From assembly GCA_963825865.1 (NCBI GenBank), contig CAWGVG010000026.1:32001-96000 (forward strand): DNA of 64,000 nt, in the 5' to 3' direction. Shown here one piece after another: positions 1 to 11,624 of the stretch. The number at the start of each line of letters is the position of its first letter. Positions within the stretch are counted from its first letter, which is position 1. Below the pieces are notes generated by a model. It was given only the letters and a program-made list of their open reading frames with translations, searched no databases and had not been told where the DNA came from. The translations under genes and the position numbers were made by a program. Source of the stretch: an uncultured Nitrososphaeraceae archaeon (GTDB taxonomy: Archaea; Thermoproteota; Nitrososphaeria; Nitrososphaerales; Nitrososphaeraceae).

Positions 1-33
1 TCATGGTTAATTATCACATAACTAAAAAATATA

Positions 34-480
34 CTATACTGCTTTCTCTTTAGCAACTACTTTTTTAATTTCATCAACAACTCTTTTTATGCTATCTGGC
101 ATTCCTTTAGATGCATTTGTCCATGCTGTTGTATGTGTTTTATCACCACCCATTGTAATTGCTAAACTATATGCAACGAGAGTTGGGTCATCTTCTTTTT
201 CTGGAGGATAGTCAGTTTTAGTTTTAAAGAATTCAGTTTCTGTTATTGTATTTTTTAAGTCCATTTTATCTGTATCAGAGAGAGGTCTTTGGGATATATT
301 GGAACCTGAAATATCGCTAGATGTGGTAAGATTATTTGTCTTTGAATCAAATGATATCAATAAATAGCGTGCAGTTAATCCACCCGATTCTGTATATTTG
401 AATGAAAAATCATCATCTGTATTGATGGATGATACTTCTTCTTTCTCTCTTCTTTGGCTGGCAGACGCGTTATTATACAT
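34..480 (-). CDS. hypothetical protein, emfourin (M4 metalloprotease inhibitor)-like
   Basis: ORF track; F-x-Y-x-x-SGG N-terminal motif, FF..Y...D...Y-x-L-x-I...H...W pattern and C-terminal helix resemble emfourin proteins (by eye only). Confidence 0.45.
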   Translation of the reverse strand: MYNNASASQRREKEEVSSINTDDDFSFKYTESGGLTARYLLISFDSKTNNLTTSSDISGSNISQRPLSDTDKMDLKNTITETEFFKTKTDYPPEKEDDPTLVAYSLAITMGGDKTHTTAWTNASKGMPDSIKRVVDEIKKVVAKEKAV

Positions 481-899
481 AAAAACAAAATGGGTAATGA
501 TTAGTTTTATACCTTGTCCTTATGCAAATTTCTATAGTGTGTATCTCACTAAACCAGAAGAGGACCTTATAACTTACTTAAAAGTACGTTGTCAATATTT
601 GTTACAATATGAGCCAAAATCCAAAGAAAAAGGGATAAAGATTCTTCTTTTAGGTCAGTTTGTTAGTTTAAACGACCGTGTCGGGTTCACAGTAGACTGT
701 GCATCATGTATATTGGTCTATTTTCTAAATACACTAAATCCAAACATTCGAAGTGAAGGAGTCGATGATAAATTTAGATTTAAAAATATGCTGCAATGAA
801 TATTGGATGATACTACTCCAATTAGATACCACGCTTCAGTTCTCTTTATAAAAAGAATAAGAAAAATAAGACTAAGGAAAGAAGACTTGCTTCATAATT

Positions 900-1465
900 A
901 TTATTATTGTTGTTGATTTTGAAAATAATCTTGCAAGAGCGTCGCTCATTTGACCGCCTGCAGAATCACTGTTATATTGAAATCACAGTATTTGTGCAAC
1001 ACCGATAATCAGAGATCATTGAGCTAGGTTCGGTTTGGTTATGGTAATCCCTGGAGGTGTCGCTGGCGGTGAATTTTCTTAAGGTGGTATTATTGGTCGT
1101 TGTGATAAGGATGATATTGATCTTGGTAGTGAAGTTGTTGTTGTTGGCGGAGTACCTCTGATGCTTTTATTGATTTTGGAAGACCGCAAACATTTGACTC
1201 TTGTATTAACAAACTTGAGTTTTGGGTTATCAGGATCACACATTTGTAATTTTTCTTCTGGTGATACAGCAGTAGTAATAGGAGAAGCAGGCGATGGTGA
1301 TGGCGAAGTAGGTAAGGGCAATGCAGGAGGGGCAGAAGAAGAAGAATGAGATGTCTATTGTCCTTGTTCTTCCTCTTGTGCTTGAGTCACATTAAATACG
1401 CCAGTTACAAATACAATACTTATAGCGGTAACAAAAACAATAATAACAGCTTTAGAAAATGCCAT
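900..1465 (-). pseudogene. decayed secreted Pro/Ser-rich protein with C-x-P-x-N-P-K-L-x-F-V-N-x-x-E-S-x-V-C-G-L-P-K motif
   Basis: Manual translation MAFSKAVIIVFVTAISIVFVTGVFNVTQAQEEEQGQ* then PALPLP...CDPDNPKLKFVNT/ESNVCGLPKS with in-frame stop and frameshift; homologous copy near 20140-20215; boundaries approximate. Confidence 0.55.
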
Positions 1466-1647
1466 TCTTATTGTAAGTATATTTTTTGTAATCATTATTT
1501 TTTTCATAGTTTTAGTTATGTATACAAAATTTTGAATTTAATAGAGGATAGTTACTAGTTGTTGGTTGTTTTGTCACTATTCTTTAGTGCAATTCTAGTT
1601 CTTCTTGACTATATTTTTTGCCGTTTCTCTGACTTTTTCTTTCTTTC

Positions 1648-2082
1648 TTATGTTCTTGCTGTTGCCTCTCTCTTTCCGATGGTGATAAATCCTCCGTTTA
1701 ACTTTTCTCTTAGTATGTCTAACCTGGCTACTACACCAATAAGCTTATTGTTATTAGTGTCATTTTCTACTACAGGTACCAATACAATTTCCTTTTGAAT
1801 CATGATATCAATTATATCTTCTAATCGCGTATCTTTCTTTACCACTGATGGATTGGGAGTCATTATGTCTTTTGCTACCATGGTATTGAGCTTCCTATTG
1901 CCATTATCACGTACAGCTTTAAGATATCAATTGCAGTAACTATACCTACAACACCCCCACTATCATCAACTACTGGTACTCTGTTAAACTCTCCTGCTAT
2001 TAGCCTTGCACTAATCCCTTCTGCGCTAGTATTTTCTTTTGCAACTACAACCTGTGTGAAACATTAGATCACTAGCGTTCAT
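1648..2082 (-). pseudogene. CBS-domain pair protein, frameshifted
   Basis: AKDIMTPNPSVV...VPVVE...LIGVVARLDIL (1648-1881), plus upstream-frame FNRVPVVDDSGGVVGIVTAIDIL and start MNASDLM. Confidence 0.75.
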
Positions 2083-2803
2083 TTATTAATAATCGCTCTA
2101 CAATACCTATACCGATATCATTTATTACCATTTTAAATTTTGTTAATAAACTGTCTTAATGAGGAGGCAATTCTTTATTAGGGCAATCTTTAACGGAACT
2201 GAGTACAAAATTAGGTATAGACATATGGCACAAAAACCCTGACAAAGTTGGTTCTGATTCTAAGTTAGATTTAAGAAATGATATTGTACATAATTGAGAC
2301 TGGGGCATAATTCCCTGTTTATATTTTTGCCAATTTCTATTGATGATTTGGTATAAAGCTAGCCTCAGGGTGTCTGATGTTTTATGGTGACAAACCTTCA
2401 AACAGTCACAAAGGCCAACTGCAACAAATAACATTACATCAGAATCCATCTTAATTGGCATTCTATATTTGATAGGGCTGATACATTGGCTAGAATCACA
2501 CAGGAAAAGAAGAGGAAGACCAAATGTCTACCATCCAACTGTGATATTGAGATGTTTTGTAGTCAGGATATGGCGGAGATTGGCATTAGGAAGCTACCTT
2601 TCAAAATAATATGAAGAAGATTGGCAAAACCAAATTATGCCCCAGGTCTCACATAATTATTAACTAATATAGTTATATAGTAAAGTAGACCTAGAGTAAG
2701 TTTTGATCAGCATTGAGTAAAGAAGCAGTGTATTTCATATTGAAAATAAAAGCAAAGATAAAGAGGTGTTGGTAAGAGCATTATATCTCAACTTCACGCT
2801 AGT

Positions 2804-3043
2804 TTGGATAGTAATGATGAGAAAAAGAAGGTTTTAAAATACAGACAAATACATTTCCTGCTTTGTGAATCATGCTTCTGGTGCACTTCATATATTAATT
2901 CTAGTAGCATATCCATTTCTAAATGTCCATGCTGTCACAATAACAAAATAAAGTGGATGCCAATACCTATAGTTGACCTTTGCAAATTAGATCATAAACT
3001 CACAGACCTTTTATCATCATTATTCTATCTACACTTCCAATAG
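2804..3043 (+). CDS. small Cys-rich (Zn-ribbon-like) protein
   Basis: IHFLLCESCFWC...KCPCCHNNKIKWMPI, two CxxC pairs. Confidence 0.6.
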   Translation: MDSNDEKKKVLKYRQIHFLLCESCFWCTSYINSSSISISKCPCCHNNKIKWMPIPIVDLCKLDHKLTDLLSSLFYLHFQ

Positions 3044-3817
3044 TAATTAAAAACGCATAACTACTTATGCTAGGACAATTTTAAACCTCTAGTTATTATA
3101 TTAAGTTAAAGGAAAAGTGAAGCAAAATACAAACACAATGCTATCTCCTTTTAAGAATATTTTATCTATGATGATTATGACGTCAGATAATATATTAATA
3201 CAAAAATACATAGACCACAATACTGGCCAGAATTCATGTAACTTTACCACTTTAAGTGAATTACAATCAAATTATTAAATTTATTTAGAAGGGGAATGTG
3301 ATGGGAGTCTCAAAGTTCGTATAACATTCCGGCACCCCTGAAAGGACTAAATTGTCAAGATTTATTTGCAACCTTTATTCTTTGCTCTTCATAAAAAAAA
3401 CAGTAAGTCAGATGCCAGTCTCGAAACTTAATAATTTCTTTACAATACCTGGGCTAAGAATATGTCAGGTATAATGGTGGACTTTAACTTATTCTGGCTA
3501 TACTTTTGAGCGTGTTAGTTTCTGCCAGCACTCCAAACAGTAATCACCATCATCTTTGAATATCTCTGCTAATTTGTTTTTACAATGTTTGCAGAAATGG
3601 GGGACTGTTGTTGTTGATGATGATGCTCTTGCTGCACGTATTATTATTATTAATTAATCTCTTAGCTCTTTCTTTAGACCTCCACACCCTCAAAGCTGAT
3701 CTACAAGATACAGCAAAAATAATGAATAGTGGAACTACAAACTGAACGGGACGGTCGGTCGGTCGGTCTCAGAACTGCGAAGTCTATAACTGCAGACTTT
3801 TTTATTTAGCCAATATG

Positions 3818-4078
3818 TTAAGGCTTAATTACATTATTATTCCTATTCACAGATACTTCTTCTACTTTGGTTGAAATCTTATACCATTTCTCATTGTGCT
3901 TGAATACATGCACAGAGGCCTTTTTGTTACTCATAGAACCGAAACCATTTATCCTTTCACTCAACCTAGATCTTAGTTTGTCAACTTGATATTGCGCAAT
4001 CATAAGATTGCCAACAATATTTTCAAGTTCCAGATCCCTTTGCTCTTCAATGTTTGGAGCCTGATTTTTGTTATTCAA
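3818..4078 (-). CDS. hypothetical protein
   Basis: 86-aa ORF with normal soluble composition; start uncertain. Confidence 0.45.
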   Translation of the reverse strand: MNNKNQAPNIEEQRDLELENIVGNLMIAQYQVDKLRSRLSERINGFGSMSNKKASVHVFKHNEKWYKISTKVEEVSVNRNNNVIKP

Positions 4079-4500
4079 TCTTTTTCTGTTATTTGTTAAT
4101 CTGCATTTTCAATATATAGTCTGTTTCCTATTCTATAACGATTTTCTTCAATGTAGGATGCTTGGTCGACAACAGGCGATGATAAATTCGCTGCACATAC
4201 AGGTATTCCTTGTTCTAGTTGTAATTCTTGTTCTCCTTCTAACAGAATACTGCAACTCATATGTGTGTCTGTATACATCTTCACAACATAGGATAATAAT
4301 AGAATCAGGAGAAAGATATTGAGCTTTGACAGCACAATTGAATTCAGAAAGAAGCTTTCACTATTAACAGTTAAGTTTTCTTATCATTGAGTAATCAATA
4401 TTACATATAAGAAGTAATTTATTTTCATTATCAATAATAATAATAAACTATAGATATATTTGATTAGTGCTGACATAGAAATCATGATAATTTGCTAATA

Positions 4501-4953
4501 CTAAAGAGTAAGGAAATGAGGATGGCTGTTTGCAAAGGTTAATTCACCATTATCAGTATAAGTACTACAATCTGTATGGGGATGATTTTCATATCCATCA
4601 CAATGTAAAAATGTAACAGTCTGATTACCTGTTCTTGCTAAATCATAGTATTTAGAAACAATATTAACTATAGTTGGATCATTCCAATCTATATCAAAAG
4701 GATATGCAAATATTGTAGCATTTATTTCATGATCTGCTAGACATTGTTTTGACTGACCTATTTCATAAGTTAACACATCAGGTGTCATTTGATTCATATG
4801 GTTGTGGTTCATACTATGGGACTCTACATCATACCCTTCGTTATGTAGTGTCTTTATTTCTTGCCAACTCATCCGATCTCCTCTTCCAGCGTAATTGCAG
4901 ACAACAAAGAAGCTAGCTTTAAAACCATATTGTCTAATATTGGCTTGGTACAT
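4501..4953 (-). pseudogene. polysaccharide deacetylase (NodB/CE4) fragment
   Basis: YGFKASFFV, SWQEIKTL, ESHSMNH, FAYPF motifs; N-terminal TFDDG segment absent and C-terminus truncated. Confidence 0.75.
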
Positions 4954-5067
4954 GTTATAGGATCTCTAATGTACCGCCCTGCTATAATAAGCTCGACTGA
5001 TCCAATAGACTTCAAACTTTTATATGTAAAGCAAAATCATAAGCATTTTAATTCACATGGAATTAAA

Positions 5068-6355
5068 ATGGGCGCCAAAGTAATTATTCCATTTGGTTGG
5101 CTGTCTAAAGACGGTAAATTACTTTTAGCTGCAAGAACAATAAGGACATTTGCATATGGTTTTCTAAGTGTGGTTCTTGCAATCTATTTAAAGCTAATTG
5201 GATTCGACGACCTTTACATTGGCTTAATACTTACTGCTACCCTAATCAATAGTGTTATCTTTACTCTAATAGCTAGCTTTTATGCAGATAGGATAGGTAG
5301 AAGAAAAATCCTAATTGTATATGCAGGTTTAATGTCCTTATCTGGATCAATATTCTTTGTAACAACTAACTACATAGCATTAATTGCATCTGCTTTCATT
5401 GGAACAATTAATGTAACTGGAACAGAAACTGGTGCTTTTCTTTCAATAGAACAGGCAATATTACCTCAGACAGTTAGTGAGCCTAAGAAAAGAAATACAG
5501 TCTATGCTCTTTATAATATGGTTGGAACGTTTGCAATGTCTGCAGGAGTTCTTCTTACTGGTTTTCCAAGTGTTCTTGAACATCAATATGGATTACATCA
5601 GGTTGAGTCCATAAAACCACTTTTCTTGTTCTATAGCATACTTGGATTAGGAGTATTAGGAATTTACTTTTTACTTTCGAAGAAGATAGAGATAGAGACA
5701 TTAGAAGGAGAAGAAAAAGATGAAAACAATAATAAAAAGAAGATACCACAATCAAGGAAGCAAACTTTATCACCAAAGTCAAAGGAAATAGTTGGTAAAT
5801 TATCTGGGCTTTTTGCTATTGATTCTTTTGCTGGTGGCTTTGTTATTCAAAGTATTGTATCTTTTTGGTTCTATACAAAGTTTGGAGTGGATTTGACAAC
5901 ACTATCATACATTTTCTCTGTTGCGGGGGTTCTTACTGCATTCTCATTTCTTGTAGCCACAAAAATTGCAGATAAAATTGGTTTGATGAACACAATGGTA
6001 TTTACACACATTCCATCCAATATTTTGATCATACTTGTTGCATTTGCTCCTACACTTCCACTAGCCATTGCACTATATCTTGCTAGAATGGCTCTATCAC
6101 AAATGGATGTACCTACAAGGCAATCATACATAGTTGCTGTAGTTAAGGAAGATGAAAGAACTGCGAGCAGCGGGAATAACTAATATTTCAAGAAATGTTG
6201 CTCAATCAGTATCTCCATCCTTGGCTGGCTATATATTGCAATCCTTGTCTTTTTTGTCTGCGCCGTTTATCGTAGGAGGAGTGCTAAAAATTGCTTATGA
6301 CATAGTCTTGTATTTTAACTTCAAAAATATCAAACCATCAGATGAGAAGCAATAG
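5068..6355 (+). CDS. MFS transporter (1-bp frameshift near 6165)
   Basis: ADRIGRRK motif A and multiple TM helices; C-terminus AAGITNISRNVAQSVSPSLAG continues in ORF 6152-6355. Confidence 0.85.
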
Positions 6356-6556
6356 TATTAGTATTTGTTTACAATTACTAGTAACAGAGCATCAAGATTT
6401 TCTAAAGAAAGTATGTTGGTTTGATTATTTCAAAAAATATCATAAACAAGTTTAATTCATTTGTGTTTTGTAGTTGACTGCTGTTTCTCTTCTCTTCTGC
6501 CATTGTGTTGTTAATACTAGCTAAATAATACTGATGCATATGAGCTAAAAGATTCT

Positions 6557-7522
6557 CTATTTAACTTCAGCATGGGTCATACTATTACTGCTATTATTAT
6601 TGCTATCTGTAGCATTGGTACTACCAGTTGGACTAGCTGTTTGAAGCATCTCTTCTTCTTCTATTTGATCTTCTACCTCCGTAGCTAATTGCTGAATGTT
6701 CTGCGCTGTACTTCCTTTTGCTAGTTCTTTGTTTACATGAATTACAAAACTATTTATCTTTTCGTATGGGGTTCCAATTCTAGATGGTAATTTGTCTGCC
6801 TGTTGTTGAGTTGTTATAATGCTTCCTGGTGGTACGAATTTGTCATCTGGTATTGAAACGCCGTTAGTCACAGTACTTGACACCCCAACGGCGACTCTCT
6901 TACCGACTTTTGCGTTGAATATGAAACTCTTCATGCCTAGGAATGTATCATTTCCAATATAAGCAGGGCCGTGAACCCCCACTCCATGGGCAACGCTTAC
7001 TTTGTCACCGATAAATACAGAGAACCCATCTTTAAAGCTAGTATCGTTTGCTTTTAAAAGAGTTCCTTCCGTAGAATAACGTCTGTCATCTATATTTGTA
7101 CCATTTACTGTTGTTTCAAGTCCATGCAAACTGGCTCCATCTTGCAAGTTAGAATAATCTCCAACATGAATGGGAGTACCCTCATCTCCTCGGCATACGG
7201 CAGTTGGTGCAACTAACACTAGTTTTCCTATCCTACAATCTCCAATGATTACTGCGAAAGGATCAATGTATGCGCTATTTGATATTTGCGGATTTGTTAC
7301 AGTGGGATTGAAATCTGTTTTTATGTTTGGACGTAAGTTAGTACTCTTATTTGTCATAGTGTCAGTTGTTGTAGTAGTATTGTTTAGTTGGTACTGTTGT
7401 TGTGGTACTGCATATGCTGATATTTTTAAAGTAAAAATTCCTTTCAGATTATATGATGTTGATATAACGAGAATAGCTGCTACTAATGTCAATGATGATA
7501 ATAATATAAGTATCTTATTCAT
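6557..7522 (-). CDS. cam: secreted gamma-class carbonic anhydrase (Cam-type)
   Basis: Signal peptide from M at 7522 (MNKILILLSS...); hexapeptide LbH repeats; RGDE, NLQDGASLHGLET and SVAHGVGVHGP carry the three His ligands and Cam-like Glu residues. Confidence 0.85.
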   Translation of the reverse strand: MNKILILLSSLTLVAAILVISTSYNLKGIFTLKISAYAVPQQQYQLNNTTTTTDTMTNKSTNLRPNIKTDFNPTVTNPQISNSAYIDPFAVIIGDCRIGKLVLVAPTAVCRGDEGTPIHVGDYSNLQDGASLHGLETTVNGTNIDDRRYSTEGTLLKANDTSFKDGFSVFIGDKVSVAHGVGVHGPAYIGNDTFLGMKSFIFNAKVGKRVAVGVSSTVTNGVSIPDDKFVPPGSIITTQQQADKLPSRIGTPYEKINSFVIHVNKELAKGSTAQNIQQLATEVEDQIEEEEMLQTASPTGSTNATDSNNNSSNSMTHAEVK

Positions 7523-8230
7523 TTTTACTAACCTGTGATTTGCATATATTATGAGTACTATGTAAGGTTTTTGCCACCTTGTCATCAGTTTTGATTTGCG
7601 CTTAAATGTAATAATGTACTTATTGTGGATTGGGTTAATTTTCTGATCTTCGTTCATATGCTATAATGCTCTGAAAATTTATTACAGCAACAAAACTTAG
7701 TAATATAATTTAGAAGACAGCGAATAAATAAGAATGCAACAGTTAGCCATATATACGATAATGATAAGTTATTTTTCTCAACTATCTATTCTGTATCTTA
7801 GTCTACTTTTGACATATACAACTTTTGTTAACTTACCACAATCTTCTTTCGCACAAACAACAAATACAAATCAAACATCCACAGAAATAAAATCACAACC
7901 AAAAGCATTAACGACACCCTGTAAAATAAGAGCCTACAGCACAAGGCCCAGAATATAAAGCAGGGCCACCATAGCCCATAGATAAAGCAGTAATTTCGCT
8001 CGCATAGTACTTAGGAATTTGGAACGGTGTTATAGAGATTATTGTCTATAGAAAAAACATAGCGACAATATTTATCTTTATATAAATATAAAGTTCTAGT
8101 ACTTACATAGGCATAAAACCTGTCATGAAAAGATCTAATTGCATTTTTTCTATTTGCACCAATTATGTCTTTGACAAATGTTCAGATGGTTTGAATTCGT
8201 TGACCTTTACGAGTCTACGATCTTTTAGAA

Positions 8231-9109
8231 TCATTCTCTTATAGCACCCATGGTTAACCCCTTAATCATTTGCTTTTGGAGAGATAACATTAAAACTAAC
8301 ACCGGAATAATAGCAAGAGTTATGCCAGCGGTAAGGTAACCCCATTGAATTCTGTATATTGAAATAAACTGGTATAGTGCAACTTGAAATACCACAGAGT
8401 CTGGTCGGTTTGCTAAGACTATTGGAAGTATAAACTCATTCCACGAAAATCTAAACGACAAAACCGCGGCTATGGCAAAACCAGGTATTGATAAGGGTAT
8501 GGTAATTCGCTTTAATACTCCCAATCTTGAACATCCATCTATTAACGCAGCCTCTTCAAGTTCTTTTGGTATGGTTTCGAAGTAATTTTTGAACAAAAGT
8601 ATGTTTAATGGTATAATCAAGATTTGGAATGTAAGTATCAGGGAAATAGGTGAATTGAGCATACCAATATTAGATAACATAGTGTACAAAGGTATTATGT
8701 TTATAACAACTGGTATCATGAAAAGCCCCAAGATGATGCTCATAATCAAGTTCTTCCCCTTAAACTCAAATCTTGCAAATGAGTATCCGCCTAGAGCACT
8801 CACCACAACACTTAAAGCTGTACTGCCCATGCTAACTACAAAACTATTGATTAGACTACGTACTAGACCAGGATCAGTTAGTACAAAAACATAGTTGCTG
8901 AATGTTATTTTCTCCGGCAGAAACTTAGGTGGGAAGTTTATAGCTTCTTCATTTGGCTTAAATGATGTTGAAAGCACCCATACAAGTGGAAACAATGTTA
9001 TGAACAAGAAGATTGCAATTAATGCATAGATCAAAGTTCGTTCTGTAAAGAACCGAATATTATTGATGGCAGTATTGTTGTTAAAAATTATTCTCTTCTT
9101 TTTTTGCAT
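8231..9109 (-). CDS. carbohydrate ABC transporter permease (MalG-like)
   Basis: EEAALIDGCS EAA motif, FSWNEF, six TM segments. Confidence 0.92.
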   Translation of the reverse strand: MQKKKRIIFNNNTAINNIRFFTERTLIYALIAIFLFITLFPLVWVLSTSFKPNEEAINFPPKFLPEKITFSNYVFVLTDPGLVRSLINSFVVSMGSTALSVVVSALGGYSFARFEFKGKNLIMSIILGLFMIPVVINIIPLYTMLSNIGMLNSPISLILTFQILIIPLNILLFKNYFETIPKELEEAALIDGCSRLGVLKRITIPLSIPGFAIAAVLSFRFSWNEFILPIVLANRPDSVVFQVALYQFISIYRIQWGYLTAGITLAIIPVLVLMLSLQKQMIKGLTMGAIRE

Positions 9110-9114
9110 ATTTT

Positions 9115-9973
9115 CTACCTTCGGAGAAGTTTAATGTAAATAAAAGCTACAACTAGATTTATAGCAACAAGGATTAACCCTGCAGTCGCGCCTTTAGAAA
9201 GTAGTCCGAATTCAAATGCTTGTCTGTACATATAAAGAGATGCGGTTGTACCTAGAGAATAATGGACCACCTCCAGTCATCACTAACTGCAAATCAAACA
9301 AATTCACAGACCACATAGTAATTAGTATAAGATTAATTACTATGAAGGGTTTAAGCAAAGGGACAGTTATGTGAAAAAAAGTCTTGATTTTCGTTGCTCC
9401 ATCTATTATCGCAGCCTCGTATATAGTTGGATTAATTGAGAATGTACCTGCAGTCAAAAATAACATAGTGAACGGTGTACCATACCACATATTCGCAATT
9501 ACCATTGACCATACCACCATATTTGGATCTGAAAGCCAATCAACTGGTTGCAAACCAATCCTGTCAAATAGATAATTTAATATGCCGAAATTATAATCAA
9601 AAATGAACTTGAATGAAAAAGCGGCTATGACCGCAGAAATAGTCCAGGGTACAATAAGCACTGCGCGTAGTACACCAGGCGCTCTTACTTTCTGATTTAA
9701 TAATGTAGACATAAGCAAGCCTGCACCAAATTGCAGAACAACTGATCCTGCAACAAATAGAAGGGTGACTTTAAGTGAGGTGTGGAAATTAGGATCCTTA
9801 ATTAGATCAAAGAAATTCTCCCAACCCACATATTTCCATCCCTTGATAATTGTAATGAGAGACACATCATGTAATGAAATGTATATATTCCAAAAAAGTG
9901 GAAATACTAGAAAAACAAGAAGTATCACAAATGCAGGAGTAAGAAATAGATATGGTTCTGCTCTTTCAAACAT
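9115..9973 (-). CDS. carbohydrate ABC transporter permease (MalF-like), frameshift near 9250
   Basis: YEAAIIDGA, MTGGGP; C-terminus TTASLYMYRQAFEFGLLSKGATAG...KLLRR* lies in the adjacent frame and ends at 9115. Confidence 0.88.
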
Positions 9974-10033
9974 ATTCCTAGACCACTTCTTGCACGAACG
10001 TTCAAACTTGTTATTGCAGTTTATATTAATTTA

Positions 10034-11358
10034 TTACCATCCCAAAACCTTTGCTGACTTTGCAGCAGCTTCATCCAATGCTTGTTTAGGATCCTTCATA
10101 CCATAATATACCTCGTCGATAGCCTGTTTTATATTGTCAGATATCTGTGGATATTCAGGTATATTAGGTCTGCTATGTCCTATTGGGATCATGGATATCA
10201 TTTCCCTATAATATGGTATAGATGCGTTCAAAATAGCTGCATAATGACCTTCACCAATGGGTTTCTGAGTTGGAAGGTATCCTTCTTTCTGCAGCATTGG
10301 TGTCAACACTTGTGGGTCAACCAAAGTTGTAAGTAACTCCCATGCCAGATCTTTATTTTGAGAAGTTTCCGGGATGCCAAGAATCCATCCACCTATCATT
10401 GTAGCACTCTTATCACCTATTTTTGGTACTGGAAACATAGGCAACATTCCTATTTTCTGATTAAGAGTAGCCCACTGCTCATGTGGAAATACGCCAAGCA
10501 GCCATGATCCTTCCAACATAACAGCGAACTTTTTATCAGCAAACTCTTGTCCCCAAAAATGATTTATTTGAGGTCTTATACCTGAGCCAACTTGTTGTTT
10601 AAGAAATTCTAATGCTTTAATTCCTGCAGCGCTATTGTACTCTGGAAACCAATATGTTCCCTTGGTTGGATGACCATTCTTCTGTTTAAGTATTTCGCCT
10701 CCCAGCATCCATAGATAAGGATACCACATATCAGGTGAATGGCTTGCGCCAACTAGGTGCATACCTTGGATCCCTTGGCCCCTCAGTGCATTGTTAAGTT
10801 GCTTTGCACCTGCAATATATCCATTCCATGTCTTTAAGGAGTCTGGGTTTATTCCCGCTTTATCTAAAAGGTCCTTCCAATACCATATAGCCCTTATATC
10901 AGTCCAAGCCCAGACACCATACAATTTACCGTTGTATTTGCCGCCATCCCAGTTTGTTTGATACCAATCCTTTTCTCTTCCCCATGTTTTGGCACGATCT
11001 GTTAGATCACTCAGAAATCCTCCTTGAGCAAATTCTCCAAGCCATGTTTGATCTACCGATACAAGAATCGATAGGAGTTCGACCCGCCATTGCTGTTAAA
11101 ATCTGTGTCCTCGTAGCATCATATGGCAAAACTCTATAGTCTACTTTAATATCTATATCAGGATGTTTTTCTCTCAATTTTTGCTGTGCACTGTTAAAGA
11201 GAATATCCCATCTCTCCTTCGGTTCTGCCACAATTGCAGTAAGAGTAACTTGTTTCTTCTGAGCTGAGATTGGAGTTATAAAACCATGTGCGATTGAAAG
11301 GATTAAAGATACAACAAGAATAATGCTCGCTAAAAGTAATGGTCTTTTTTACATTCAT
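10034..11358 (-). CDS. sugar ABC transporter substrate-binding protein (frameshifted)
   Basis: Signal peptide from ATG at 11358; ORFs 11007-11231 and 10034-10924 join into a family-1 SBP (GGWILGIP, RPNIPEYPQIS, ALDEAA). Confidence 0.85.
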
Positions 11359-11624
11359 AACACAACTTGTATGATATCATAATTTTTAAGAGTTATTAGT
11401 ACACATATAAGAAAAGTATTAGCATCTCCTACAATTGTGTAAACGCACATATGGATAGATTCATACGATGTGCAAACAACCATACAAGCTACTTTTTAGA
11501 GACATAGTAATGGATTCGGCCTTTTGTATGCATTATAACATGTTATTATTTTAGAAAACAAGAACTGTTGTGAGAAGATTAATATTTTCTATTGAAAAAT
11601 CCCACTAAGCAGCAAAAGTTTGTT

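Noticed and set aside
4861-5067. N-terminal extension of the MFS ORF overlapping the deacetylase fragment
   Set aside because: Homology-like sequence starts at MGAKVIIPF (5068); the upstream part is non-specific open frame.
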